DNA from: Spizellomyces punctatus DAOM BR117 | Lineage: Eukaryota | Strand: one strand, 5' to 3' | Assembly (NCBI GenBank): GCA_000182565.2 | Contig: KQ257466.1 | Length of the DNA stretch: 64,000 bases | Shown here: one piece after another, positions 13,877 through 26,317 of the stretch | Layout: each line of letters opens with the position of its first letter | How positions within the stretch are numbered: the first letter of the stretch is position 1 | The notes under the pieces: generated by a model | Told to the model about the DNA's origin: nothing | The model's input: the letters and a program-made list of their open reading frames with translations, nothing else | Databases searched by the model: none | Position numbers and translations under genes: made by a program

Positions 13877-15868
13877 TTATCCTTGTATCTTACTAATCTC
13901 CTCCTGAGGTTTCTCTTCCCCCGGTTCGACACCATCTTTATTGTCTTCAGGCTGGCTTGCGTCCACTTGCTGGCGTTTGATTAAAGCTGAATCACTATCC
14001 TCCATCTCGGTAACGATTCGAAGAACAAGTTCAGCAAATAAGGAATTTGCCCAGGCGAACCTGTAAAAGCCAGCTTGCTAAATGCTCTGCGAATGGTAGC
14101 GAAAAGCAAGAAACAAGAAACTTACCATCCTCGAGTAAATTTGTGTACATCATCTTTCCAGAAACTCTCATGCATGAATCCTGTCCCAGCGGTTGACTGA
14201 ATAAGAGTATTGATGCATTGGGCCCGCTCGGATTTGGATTGAGTCGTTAAAGCCTAAAAACAAGCCTCTGCGAGGTGAACTACAAGATAGGGTCGTATTT
14301 ATCAATAACCACGCAATTTACCTGGATGATGATGGACATGGGCCATATGTACCCTAACCCGCAGTGCGGGCCCCCTACGCCGGCGCCAGCCGTTCCAGTA
14401 AAGTAGTAGGGATTAGCGTCGCTGAGGATGTACGCACGGGTCTTTAGATAGATTGGGTCAGAGGGTGGGAGAAAGTCAATGTAGGGGAGACTGAGAAGCG
14501 ATGGAATATTGGCGTCCTGAAATCATTACACTGTCAAGTCAAGCAAACGTATTGTATGAATCCACAACACTCACATCCATGAACAGGGCATTTCCAAACC
14601 CGTCCACCTCGTACGCAAACACTTTGCCAAAAACGCTATGCTCAATGACACCGTAACGGTATATTGCGTCTGATATCTCCACGGCTAGAGACTGAGCTTG
14701 TTGAGCCAATTCGAGATGGATATCGGCGGTAGTGAGCATTTGAGAAAGGTCCTTGAGTGCAACACTTGCCATCGCATTTGACGGTATCTGTGGGGTTTAG
14801 GTAAGGGTTCGTTTGGGCAGGATAATGCATAACGTTAAATAAATTGAATACTTGCGATGAAAGGAAGAGTAGATGCGTCGTCAGAGGGCCTGAACGGAGA
14901 TTTGACGAGCCCTATCAAGAAGAATCCACGCCAGTTCAATGATTTACATGTTTGTTTCAATTATCTCAGAGGCATCCGCTAGACTCACCACATCGTTTAG
15001 CTGGCGGACCTCTTCCGTCCAACATGAGCGTATCTATTGGCTCAATGCCCTCCCTTCTAAACAAGTAAGCTGGATCATCCAATTCTTCCATTGTCCCTTT
15101 TTGTTGTATCTTGAGCGTTCCAATAACAAGCTCGACTGCACGGGCCCACTCTGGTGTTATGAAGGACGCATCGGACGTGGAGGCGTAAAACAACGTTGAG
15201 AGCTAGGAGAAAAGACATCCCAGGTCAAAATTACGCTCTTGTTGTTGAGCACTCTCTTGGGAATCTACCTTTAAGAACGCCGCCAAACTATCCAGTTCAA
15301 ACTTGCCCTCCCACACTAATGGATCCACAGCCGGCTTAACGAAATCTTTCTCCCATTCCCCCCATTGATGTTTGGACCTTTTGAATGCATTCGAATACGT
15401 CGAGGCCAATACACACTTGACCTGTCGATTGATCACACCATGGATCAAAGCACTAATAGAGGAATCTGAGGCCGCTAAAGGTAGGTATGGAACAACCTGG
15501 TTGGTCGAGTCTCGTAACCACATGGCGGGGATGTCTCCAGTAATAACAAACGTATCCAAATTCCCTTCCTCATCGCGTCCGTGGAACTGGATGGTCGTGT
15601 CCAGTGTGTTGGGATAACATGTTTCAAAGAGTTCTGCGAGGTTGTCGTGGCCGTTTTTTTCTAGTACCAAGCGGACACGGTTGATTGTGTTCTCAACCGC
15701 GAGGCTTGTGAATTTTCGCTTGTCAAGCGGTGGGCGGCCGGTAGGATAATTCGGTTGACTCTGCGGCTTTGATGCGAGGGCCAAAGGAGTAATAGACTGA
15801 AGGGCGGATTTGATGTGCTGCATATTGTACAATGTGTAGACCGTTGAGTCCGAAGTCCTCTCGCGCAT
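13877..15868 (-). CDS. Glycoside hydrolase family 125 (DUF1237, exo-alpha-1,6-mannosidase-like), multi-exon
   Basis: Family motifs NTLDTT, TFVITGDIPAMWLRDS, KFELDSL, FAYEVDG, DANIPSLLSLPY, MHESF, FTRGWFAWANSLF across exons. Start may be 15823. Confidence 0.9.
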
Positions 15869-16714
15869 CCTACGCGTCAGGCCATAACGCTAGGAAGTCA
15901 AGCCACGCTTACATCAGCCAGCTGGTGTTAACTTGCACAAGATGGAATGATATATAAAGTTTTACAGCATCTCCTTGGCGGCGACTTGCGCTATTCACCA
16001 TCTTTGTTCATCGCCTGCCAATTTTTACCACGAGGAAACGACAGCGAAGCAAAGGTCTTGTCATCTCTTTTTTTTTTGTCTTGTTCTTTCTTCCATCGGC
16101 AGAGTCGATGGACCGAACGCGTTAAATTGAACCTTTTGGGTCTTAGCGCCAAAACTTCCAACTTGACAGCTGCGACCGTGTCGTGTCGAACGGCGATTTT
16201 GCTGAACCGCTTTTCCCTGCGCCGCTTTGCGATCCCATGAAACATCTTCAAGAGACCCGAGTTCGGGGCAGTTCATGTACTTTATAAAAAGGGCTCATTT
16301 CCTTTCAGCTATCCCTCAACCCATCAACGTTACTTTCTTTTGCACACGATCGACACTCGATATGCTCCTGACCTACTGCCCACCTGCATCGGCACCTTCC
16401 TCAGCATACCCCCCATACCCCAATACTTATCGGGGAAGGGTCGACGCAGGCTGTTCAGGGGTCTAGAGTTATCGAGTCTCGAAAGAACCAGCAAATAATG
16501 GATTCTGCGAGTGGAATGCCTGCTCAAATTCCTTTCACATACATACACTAAAAGATTCGCAGACAAAAACAACCCTACTGCAGCCCACATTGTTTTGCAG
16601 TACCGTTATTTTTGTCGGCAATCTTTTAGTGTTGATGAACTGAGATGGGATACTTTTCAAAGGACAGGGGCATTCATGCGACAGAATATAGTGTGATTGT
16701 ATTATCTTCTATCT

Positions 16715-17725
16715 CTATGCAACGTCAACTCTCATTGATAAGGCACTAGGAACAATCTCCCGCAACATGTTATCCACCACATCAGGTTCTACACTCATAG
16801 TTTCCCCACATTCTCTATTCCTTACGTATCGTTGAACATCCATGGCTGCGTGCCGGTCATTCAGCCACGTACCACTGTCCCAACCTTTTGTCAATCTCAC
16901 AAATTCATGAGCAAATGTTGTGCCGTACAGTAGACAACCCGCCAGGATGCAGTCCACATAGGACTGCGGTATAGGAGTGCATGGTGTCGGCGTAAAGGGC
17001 GCGGGAGTAGGTGGGAGTTCGTAAACCCAAACAATGGCATTGTCTGAGAGGCGAGACTGGGAAGGGTATAGAAAGGAAATGTCGGATAAGGAGATTGTCG
17101 AGCGGATATAGTTACTTTCGCGGTCATCTAATTTAGGAAGTTCGCTATGGGGATTTTCGATGGGAATCAGGACACCATTGCAGGTTGCTGGTTCATCGGA
17201 TAGCGCGCACTTTGTAGCGCGACGGACACCGACGGCGGTATATTGTTTCCTTGTGCAGTTGTAGGACCAGCTCCGTTCCAGTCCGTGCACAAGAACGGGT
17301 ATAGCAATTGTAGGTGTTGCCACAGTGCGGAGACGGGATTGTGGATTGATGAGAGAGCCATATCCGAACAGGTAATGTTTGACTTTGGCGGCAGGCGATG
17401 AAAAGAGTGGGAAGGGTCTCTCGGTCGCGTTCTGGCTTGGCGTGATATGGAGTTTCGATGCTTGCGTCTTGCAGATACGACGAGGGAAAAGACCCTTTGT
17501 AGAAGCTGGGGCAAGTCGGAGAAGAACCATGGAACCTTTCCTTCCTCGTCGTATTATTGTTGGCTCGCTCTGAAGGAATCCACTCTTTCTACGGTCGGTG
17601 CGACGATGATGATGATGCTGCCTTGCGGGTTGCGCTATGAGCGGGCAAAGAAAGTCAAAAGATACATGAACCGAAATGGCTGCGGACCGACGAGAGGGTG
17701 GGCTATGTTGGGGTGGGAGGTGCAT
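16715..17725 (-). CDS. Gamma-glutamylcyclotransferase-like (GGCT/ChaC fold) protein; true start uncertain
   Basis: Motif YLFGYGSLIN; LDDRESNY resembles the LDxRExxY motif; PIPQSYVDCILAG. Confidence 0.75.
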   Translation of the reverse strand: MHLPPQHSPPSRRSAAISVHVSFDFLCPLIAQPARQHHHHRRTDRRKSGFLQSEPTIIRRGRKGSMVLLRLAPASTKGLFPRRICKTQASKLHITPSQNATERPFPLFSSPAAKVKHYLFGYGSLINPQSRLRTVATPTIAIPVLVHGLERSWSYNCTRKQYTAVGVRRATKCALSDEPATCNGVLIPIENPHSELPKLDDRESNYIRSTISLSDISFLYPSQSRLSDNAIVWVYELPPTPAPFTPTPCTPIPQSYVDCILAGCLLYGTTFAHEFVRLTKGWDSGTWLNDRHAAMDVQRYVRNRECGETMSVEPDVVDNMLREIVPSALSMRVDVA

Positions 17726-18543
17726 CTTGACAAGAGAAAGTCGGGTGCCGTCTATACACTTTTTATGTTGTCTATCGAGTACGTCGACAGATGCACCATG
17801 GGATTGCGCAATGTTTGGCTGTGTATGGGTATTTCACGAGATTTGTGGGGGGGAGACAAACGGCGAGTTGCCCTCGCTTTAAAAAACCCTACGCAGTCAA
17901 AAAATCCGTTCAATTGCTCCAAATGGCGTGCTTTTTGGGCGGAGCGACAAGCTCGCAGTTGATTAACGATTACACGATATTCAGCCAATTAGATCATGTG
18001 GCGCATGAAATCGCGAATTCGCTGACCTCATCACAACTGATAATCAACTTGGGGGGCCCGCACACATTTCTGCTTTTTGCCGTTTGTCGTTTGGGGTTTT
18101 TTATTTTATTTTTGGATGGGATTTCAACGTCCAAGAACGAGTAGAAGGATGTGTATGCAAAAAGAGTTTTGCCAATTCCTCCTGTGTCAAACAGTTCCGT
18201 CTGGGCATGAGACGGTGGAGTGAGGCCGTCTGCGTCCAAATGAAATCCATCCCCACATCCATTCCATATGGTTGACGCTGGTCCAACGACGAACAGCAAT
18301 ACTTGGAACATCTTCCTAAACAGTGGAATGTTTTTTGATAGTCGTTAAGCCATATAATCTATTCGAATGTTCTCTGCTTCTGCTGGAAGAGTCGAACGCT
18401 GCGCGGGCAACTGACGTCAAAGCCCCGCGAAGGGCGTCACCAAAATCACGTAACTTGCCTGTATATATTAGATGCTGGTTCATCCAGCCCAAGGCCCCAA
18501 CGAGGAATATCACTTTGTACATTGCTACCTACATTGCATCGAT

Positions 18544-19881
18544 ATGCCAGCTACTCTCGACACTCCTCAGGGCAAGAAGAAAATGACCACTGTCTTGCGG
18601 CAGTTGATCAAAGAAAGTATGTAGCATATCAAATGTCCAAGTGACAAGATCCGGGATAGGTCTGTTTTATGAACGTTGATTTTGTGCAGAGGATCTTCTT
18701 GTTGGTCCGGGAGTGTTTGATGGCATTTCGTGAGTATCCATATTGCTCTATTCTCCATGGAAGAGACCAATTCATGAGTCGCATTTAGAGCCCATGTTGC
18801 CAATTCAGTTGGATTTGACTTTCTTTACTTGGCTGGCTCGGGAGCCAGTGGCTCATACATTGGGGAACCAGATCTTTCAGTGGTAAATACTTACTTTTAT
18901 CCATAACCACAGTACAAAGTACTCATCATACAACGGGTGCGCCAATAGATTACTCAAACAGAGATGGCCGCTCTGGCAAGGTCAATTGACGTTTTCAGCT
19001 TACCAGGCAAATAATGCCAACTGACAGGTGATCACACTATCTCTACAGAACGGTCGTCCACTGCAGCTCTGTCCCAGTCATTGCCGACGCCGACACTGGC
19101 TTTGGCGGTCCCCTCAACATCCGACGGACGATGCAGCTCTTTGAAGGCGCAGGTGTAGCAGGCGCTCACTTTGAGGATCAAACATTTCCTAAACGATGTG
19201 GTCAGCTGGAAGGCAAGCATGTGGTCGCCTTGGACGAGTTCCTTGAACGCATCGCAGCGGCCGTCCAAGCACGAACCGATCCCGATTTTGTCATTATCGC
19301 TCGTACGGATTCTCGACAGGCTATTGGAAACATTGATGAGTGTATTAGGAGGTTGAAAGCAGCATTTGAAGTTGGTGCGGATGTCGGTTTCGTTGAGAGT
19401 CCGGTGAGTAAAGCAAGAGTTTTATATTTTCAATACAGATACTCTTGACGTCTTATTCAAACATTGTCATCAGATGACTAAAGAAGAATGCAAAAAAGTC
19501 GTAGAATCTCTTGCCCCGCGCCCTGTTCTCATCAACGTCCTCCCTCACGGGCTGACGCCAAACCTCACTACCAAGGAATGCGCAGAACTCGGTTTCAAGC
19601 TAGCTATATACCCTTGCACCGGCTTTATTCCAGCCATGCTTGCCATGCAAAACTCTTACAGGGCTTTAAAGGAGACTGGGACGGATCTGGAAGTGTGTCA
19701 GGGCAAACAGGTTTGTATAGTCCCACTTGTGCTGTTACTGGTAACTCGTTGATGAATCCCTGCTCGCATCCAGATCAGAGACTTTTTCATACAGATGGGG
19801 TTAGAGGAAGAGTTTGAGTATGACAAACGTATGGTTGAAATTGCCAAGAAAGCCATTCACGAAAAGCACGGTGGAAAGTGA
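18544..19881 (+). CDS. Isocitrate lyase/PEP mutase family enzyme (oxaloacetate acetylhydrolase / dimethylmalate lyase-like), multi-exon
   Basis: Exons give GPGVFDGIS, FLYLAGSG, VIADADTGFGGPLNI, FEDQTFPKRCGQLEGK, VIIARTDS, GADVGFVE. Confidence 0.9.
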
Positions 19882-21267
19882 TATCTAGCAAGTGTATTTT
19901 TTTGCATGCTCTGTCTTTAGTTGTATACTTTTATAATGCATGGTCACCCTGTAAGCCAACAAGAGCGCGATTTAGTTGTCTGCTTTTTATGATGGCTGAA
20001 CTACTTGATGCAAACAATGATGCCGATATAACTCTCGTACCCGTCCGGAATATGATCAAACAATAGGGCTAACAGTACACGGATCCAATCAATTGTGGAC
20101 CTCTAAACGTGTCTACAGAATGGTACAGATATTTCCGTTAGATGCATACAGTGGAGAGCTTCGATGAAATATGCGGCAGCTATCATTCTTCTGGAGGCAA
20201 CAAGTCCTTTCAGATACAGTTACTCTCTGGGTCTTCATACTAGTAGTGCTCTCCGTGTATATAATGGAACATGATATGCCTAAGAGTGCAATGCCCTCAA
20301 ATGCCAGGAAATTTGAAAAGCGATTGAAAAAATTGGATGCTGAAAAGGGATGAATACCATTTCATCTCGAAACTCCCAAGACAAGGGGATATTGTCATGT
20401 TATCTTGGTAAGCAAATGTATTGGCGATGACAACTGATCCGAGGTTCTTTGATGCATCTCGAGTCATGAATCCATTGACATCAGGTATTCATCGTGATCC
20501 TTTGCGGTGGCAGGGTTACTTGAAATGGGTCTGCTACATGTAATGGACAAAGGATATCAAGCGCTAAAGTATGTCTGCATTGGCTTTCCTTGCTTTGAAG
20601 TCTAAAGATGTATTCACTTTGTCATATCGCATACCTCTGGACACTCCAAGTGAAAGAAAAACGCTGGCTATCGCTTTTGTAGAGTGTGATCACACTAACG
20701 TAAGCCAAGGGGGGAGAACGCGAACCTTGAACGGGAACGAGGGTGAAAAGGTCACCTGCAACTGTCCAACACAGCACTGACTCGTTGGAAAAAAAAGAAC
20801 CCATACATAAAAAGAGGGGGAAACGATTCATCATGACGCCCCCAACTATTTCTCGTTTATTCAGGCGTCCCTGCATGTCTGACACTTTATAAAAGTTGCA
20901 GATATCTTTGGGCCAGCACATTACGTCCTTAATTATCCAGAGCAAAAAGACTTTTTTGCAAACATGGCGCCTATTTCGGTACCACCGGTTCAAGCGACTT
21001 TTAGTAGCGCAAAAACTGGTGCTATACGTGACCCGTCGACAGACGACGTTGCCTCAGAGTTTCCTCCTTGGAGGGCGGTATTGGAGGAATGCATCCACAA
21101 GAATTATCAGCAAGGTGCCGGGGATGGTAAGACCATTGCTTGACATGCATCATGCTTTAAACGGAATTTGTATCTTATGGTGCGGCATATGTATAGTCCA
21201 AGTTTCACTGGCCACCATCCGCCCTTTTGGGCGGCCTGCCAATCGGGTGGTCAATTTTAGCGGCTTT

Positions 21268-22149
21268 ATGACAGACCTTCCTCTTGCCACTGGCACGCCC
21301 CAAGCTGGGGCAACTGAAATCAAAAGAGCCAGCACGCCAAAACCAGTAGCAAACAGTAAAATCGGCACGGCTCTCTCGTCCTTTTTGGCAGAATTGATGA
21401 GCAGCAACGAGTACGATGATACCTTGATCGAATCCATAATGGGAAGCAAGGCCCGAACCAAATGTGATCCCCGTGCGAGATTGAATGAAGCGATTTTGTT
21501 TGCTGTTGATGCTAGGAGTAAGGTTGTGGAGGATGCGTTGTTTGGGAGCAGGTTTACCGAGGCGTCTTGGTACGTTTTTACTTTTTTCTCATGTTTTTTT
21601 GGTTTTCTCAATCGTTATAACTCACCTTTCTTGTTTGCCAGGCCCATGCCTCACAGTCCAGACCAATTTCGCCTCTCAGGTACCCTTCACGTCATTCTTC
21701 CCCCTTCCCACCCCTTACATGGGACAGCCCAGATTGCACCGCCAATGTCAACTTCCAACGACATTGATTGGGAAGCTAAACGCCAAAGCACTTGGGCCGC
21801 GCTTCCCGCGCACCGACGCAACAGCCTTTCCAATCCATCCCTAAACACGGTCGGCCGCCCTCTACGTCGATTCTCCATTGTGGAGTCCTACCCTTCCGAA
21901 CTGCTGAGTCAATCCGGTAAAATGGTAGCGGAGCCTCAAGAGTCACCGGAGGAGACAAGGGAAAATAACTTGGCCTTGCTGATCCTGGAAGTCGATGGGG
22001 TTGACCATCTGGATGGACATGGCACTGGCAAGAGGACGAAATACAGGAGAACAGTCGGTGCTGAGGGACAGGTGGAGGACGACATTAATTCTTATGATGA
22101 AAAAGTGAGAAAGGTGAAGCACTGGTTGATTCAGGATATGAGTGCGTGA
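21268..22149 (+). CDS. Hypothetical protein, probably with one intron (~21570-21641)
   Basis: Long open frame interrupted by a T-rich in-frame GTACGT...CAG segment; no recognisable domain. Confidence 0.45.
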   Translation: MTDLPLATGTPQAGATEIKRASTPKPVANSKIGTALSSFLAELMSSNEYDDTLIESIMGSKARTKCDPRARLNEAILFAVDARSKVVEDALFGSRFTEASWYVFTFFSCFFGFLNRYNSPFLFARPMPHSPDQFRLSGTLHVILPPSHPLHGTAQIAPPMSTSNDIDWEAKRQSTWAALPAHRRNSLSNPSLNTVGRPLRRFSIVESYPSELLSQSGKMVAEPQESPEETRENNLALLILEVDGVDHLDGHGTGKRTKYRRTVGAEGQVEDDINSYDEKVRKVKHWLIQDMSA

Positions 22150-23494
22150 GCCTAGGGGAATCATGAATCTTTAGCCAAGTACATGTATGGACTGTCGTGT
22201 GTGTGTATTGAAAATCGTTTCCCTTCTCTTGTTTGTAACACATTTCACTCGCCCTGCTGCCAGAAATCTCTTGTATTCTTGGACCGTTCAAACGGCTGTT
22301 GGCCACTCACCCGTAATCGGGATGGTTCGGCTGGGGAGAGATTGCTGAATAAATGTCTCCCGAATTTTATCAGATGCCAAGAGCGCTATTTTGTATGTCT
22401 TTTGATAGCAGAGGAGGGGAAGGATCCCTACAATCTTCTCTCCCTTTAATCACTCAGCAAAAACACACACAAAAAACTCGTTGTCAAAAAACAATACAAT
22501 CCGTTCTTACGCAAAAGAAGTACTTTTTATGGCGCGCTCACTTTATGTTTTGCTTCCGCCCCCATGGGTAGACCATGCTGTTCCCCCCCCCCTGTCGTAA
22601 TGAGCCAAAAGTAGGAGGGAACGGCAAGGCTTTTTGATTTGCTCTGCAAGGTACGAATTGCCACCTGAATTTACCAAAAGAAGCGAACAAAACAATGTCG
22701 CTCGAAGTAACAAACGCAAGTAAATTGCGAAATCTAAGTAGCGTTTTTTGTCCTTGCCCAAGTTGGCTATCGCCCCTTTGTTCAAATCGACGGGCGTAAC
22801 AAACACGGCAATGGGCTGGGTGGACAAAGAGCGTTCAATACGTCAATTTGGGGGCGCAAAGTGTTCCTTTTTGCTGTTTGGAATTTTTAACCTTTTGCAA
22901 GTTGACTTGCTGGAGGGTCACGCTGGTCACTTTGCAATTGGGGGATTTCCATTCAAACAACAACAACAACAACAAACTGACTGGAGTGATTCAAGTCCTG
23001 GAAGGAAAAGCAACTGACCTTCTTTTTTATCATCCCCAAAGGGCGGTCATTCTTTTTTTTTTTTCTTGTTGTATTTTGGTTTTTGTGTTGTTTTTTAAAG
23101 TGCTTCTTTGGGCAAAATGGGTGGTAAATGCCAAGAACGGTCCCCGTTTTGCGCTTTTTTTTTTTTCGAACGTTCTGGTATTGTTTTTTCTAGTCATTCG
23201 TTTGGATATTGGGGGGTTAATATGCGTGTTGAGGATAACTGCAAACGCACAGAAATATAAAGTGTTCCATTTCATTCCTTCCCCCCCCTCCAATCCAATA
23301 ACCAACTGTTTATAACATACACTTGCACATTTTCTGTGACTGCACTTGTCGACCTTTTTTTGTCGGACTCTAGTGTGCCTTCTACCGCACCTTCCCTTAC
23401 TGGTCTGACGTTTTCGGCCATTGTTTGCTTTGAGTCCCTCCTTCCTCATCCACTCTTACTACACGTTCTCCGCTCCCTTTTTTCAAAGTACGCA

Positions 23495-23958
23495 ATGTCG
23501 ATAAAGTCAGTGGACGTAGGGATCCTCCGCAACTCTGCCGAGTTTGTGCAGTTGCGGAAGGAGTGTGCTTCTTGGGCTATCGTGGCTGGAGCTGCCGGTG
23601 GTGTTGCAGGTGCGCAAATAGAGTTGCCGGTACACTTTTTGATAGCATTGCTGAACAAACCATTTATCTGATGACTAGGATATGGTTTAGGACGCCTTGC
23701 CGTCCCACGTTCCAGCGTCCTTGGCATCGGTACGTTACCTGTCGTGTCTTTTAGTTCATGTGCTCTTTCACTCACTCTTTGTCGTTCACCTCTACAGCTT
23801 CCACCCTCGTCGGCGCTGCCGTGGCCTCCACCATCGTGTACAATAACCTCGAAAACAAACGCCTGAACGCTCTCCGCGTCCGCAAAGTCGCAGAACACTA
23901 CCATTACATGCGTCCCCTTCTTGCTCCAACGGTGGTCGAGCAGGGTGTCGAGATCTAG
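23495..23958 (+). CDS. Small 3-exon membrane protein of unknown family
   Basis: Spliced reading MSIKSVDVGILRNSAEFVQLRKECASWAIVAGAAGGVAG / YGLGRLAVPRSSVLGI / ASTLVGAAVASTIVYNNLENKRLNALRVRKVAEHYHYMRPLLAPTVVEQGVEI* with canonical GT-AG introns. Confidence 0.6.
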
Positions 23959-25650
23959 TGTCGTATCGAGAGCCTGCGATACAGATTGGGCGGCGATTTC
24001 GCTCCGGTTGGAACTTTTATATTTTCTTGTAGAAATCGGTGGTGTAGTGAGGATCTTTCTTTTCCGTTTCCTTCATGTTGCTATATGTGTGGTATACCCT
24101 TTTTTTTGTGTCGATTGAAAATTGTACATTTGAAACTATGTTCCTTTAGTCAAAGTACCAATGCGATTGGCATTCGAAGAGCATCAGATATTACTGGCAT
24201 TTGAAAAGTTGTGTGCTGCATTACCATCATCCAACTGTGTGTCCACATCAGAACTTTGTCTTTCAGGTCTACCGTATCAGCCAGTGGCGGCATCCGCAAT
24301 TGTGAGATTGATTCATTCTTTTGAAGTTGAGGTGGATTATTCAGAAGATGGGGGCATATCGCTAACACTTCTTGGTGTTATTTATTACACAGATGAGCTG
24401 CTTGTAATCTTGATGATTATGGCAAAGACGCTACACAGTGGATATTCAGAAAGTTTCTCCTCAAGCTTGCATCGGCGACACCAAACTTGGTCTATGGACC
24501 CTTAAACATACGCCGAATTGAAATGCGCAACAAATTAGATTGCAATTCCAAATTGTTCGCCTAGATATTCACAGAAACTGACACAGCAAAATGAACGCTG
24601 CTAGAAAGTCAGATTCATCGACGTTTGGCAATGGGTCGTCATGTTACAATATAGAAATTAGAAGCAACGGTCTAAAAAGTTTCTCGACAACCATTCAACG
24701 GGCTGTTGGATCTCCTGCGCAAGGACATGCGAAATGCAGATCAGGCAAATTCCCAATGTTGGTTCAATATCATGCATTCAGCGCTGCAATGCACCGGTTG
24801 CTCCAAACATTTTACAGTAGTGCCATTGTCTACAACTCAAGTCAAAGTATCTAAATGACTAATATGTCCCCATTTGCTGCGTGCCCGTAACAAAATCCGA
24901 GTGTTCCATGCGATTGCTGAGGCAGATTCGTATTTTCTTCCATTGTGAGTTGTTGTGGGTGCATGCTTTAACTCTCGCACCTAGTTAGCGGCGCTGCTAT
25001 GTATCTGCTGTATCTATCCGATGAAAAGATCGATACGAGTATTGCACCTTGTTGATTTTTCGGACACTGGATGGAAATTTCAAAGTGCAAGGATACCACC
25101 AGACAGCACACCAAATGTTTCCGAGTTTGCAAGTCTCTCCGCACGTGGTGGAAAGTTCGAAGCTTCAGCCATTTTCCAACAAGTTTTCAATGTCTAATGG
25201 ATTCTTTGTTTATATTGTTTATAATAATTTCAGACCAAAAATTAAATTTTGGGAGAGTGTAATTATGCGGGGAACGCGGAGGACGCTTGCTCCGATAGCT
25301 GGATTTTCAAAAATGTTGATTTTTTATTCTTGAAACCCATGACAATGGGCATAGAAAATGAAGAAGGTCAAGCAAAAAGAAATTATTTCAGACAACGGCG
25401 CAGTGCATTCTACTGCTCTTTCGGATTGCGGTCGACGTTAAAAATGGTTTTTGCATGGCAAGACATTAACGGTGAAAGTGATGAAAAAGCTGGCATTGTG
25501 CTACTCGGTTTTCTTTCATGGCTTTTTTTTTTTTTGGTTTGCGGCCCTCTGCACCCCCACTATAATCAACGAATTATTATAAAAGGTGGGGTGAACAGCA
25601 GGCTACCCCCCCACACTCCATCAGTAACTACAACCTCTTTCAACACAATC

Positions 25651-26016
25651 ATGAAATTCAGCCTCATCTCTCTCTTTGCTATTGTCGCCATCGGTGCGAC
25701 CACCATCTCCACAGGCGTGGAAGCGAGCCCAGCTCCTGTTCCCATTCCAGCTGTAAGATTACATTGCTAGATCCAACCTCTGACAATACAAGCTCTTTAC
25801 TGATATATGCTTTGTTGAATCATTAGCGTGAAAACCCATGCCCGCATTGCGCACCTGCCGGACCTGGCGCTGGAGGCTGCAGCAGTAGCTTGCCCTACAA
25901 GGTGAGAATCCAACTGCTAAATATTCATTTTTACCCTGCCGCTGACTCAAATACCCAAATAGGAATGCTGGGTCGATGGCAAGTGCTGGTGCTGCCCTAC
26001 CGTTAACGGTTGTTAA
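25651..26016 (+). CDS. Small secreted cysteine-rich peptide (76 aa; exons 25651-25752, 25827-25901, 25963-26016)
   Basis: Signal peptide MKFSLISLFAIVAIGATTISTGVEA. Phase-0 introns (GTAAGA..TAG, GTGAGA..TAG) join to RENPCPHCAPAGPGAGGCSSSLPYKECWVDGKCWCCPTVNGC* (8 Cys). TATAAAA at 25578. Confidence 0.8.
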
Positions 26017-26317
26017 AATCGCTACATTGCATAATGTCTTTTCCTGTAATCGTTGTCGGTCTGTAATTACTTGGCAATGTGTCCCATCCGAATAGTATAC
26101 CGGATGGGCTCTTGATAGATAGTTTCAAGTTTAATAATAGATTTTCATAGTTTTGCATCGGATTATTGCTGTATGTTTTCGGCTGGTGCGCGCAAGTGGG
26201 CAACATCGCCCTCCTACGTAACTTGCTTTTGCCAATCTCTGATCAATGATACACTGCATTGCAAATCTATGTCTCTCTCTCTCAAAACCTTTAAATACAT
26301 ACACTGATAAATTCATC

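Noticed and set aside
22400-23330. ORFs in an AT-rich stretch with poly-T/poly-A and (CAA)n
   Set aside because: Low-complexity intergenic or promoter DNA; the Phe/Lys-rich translations are compositional artefacts.
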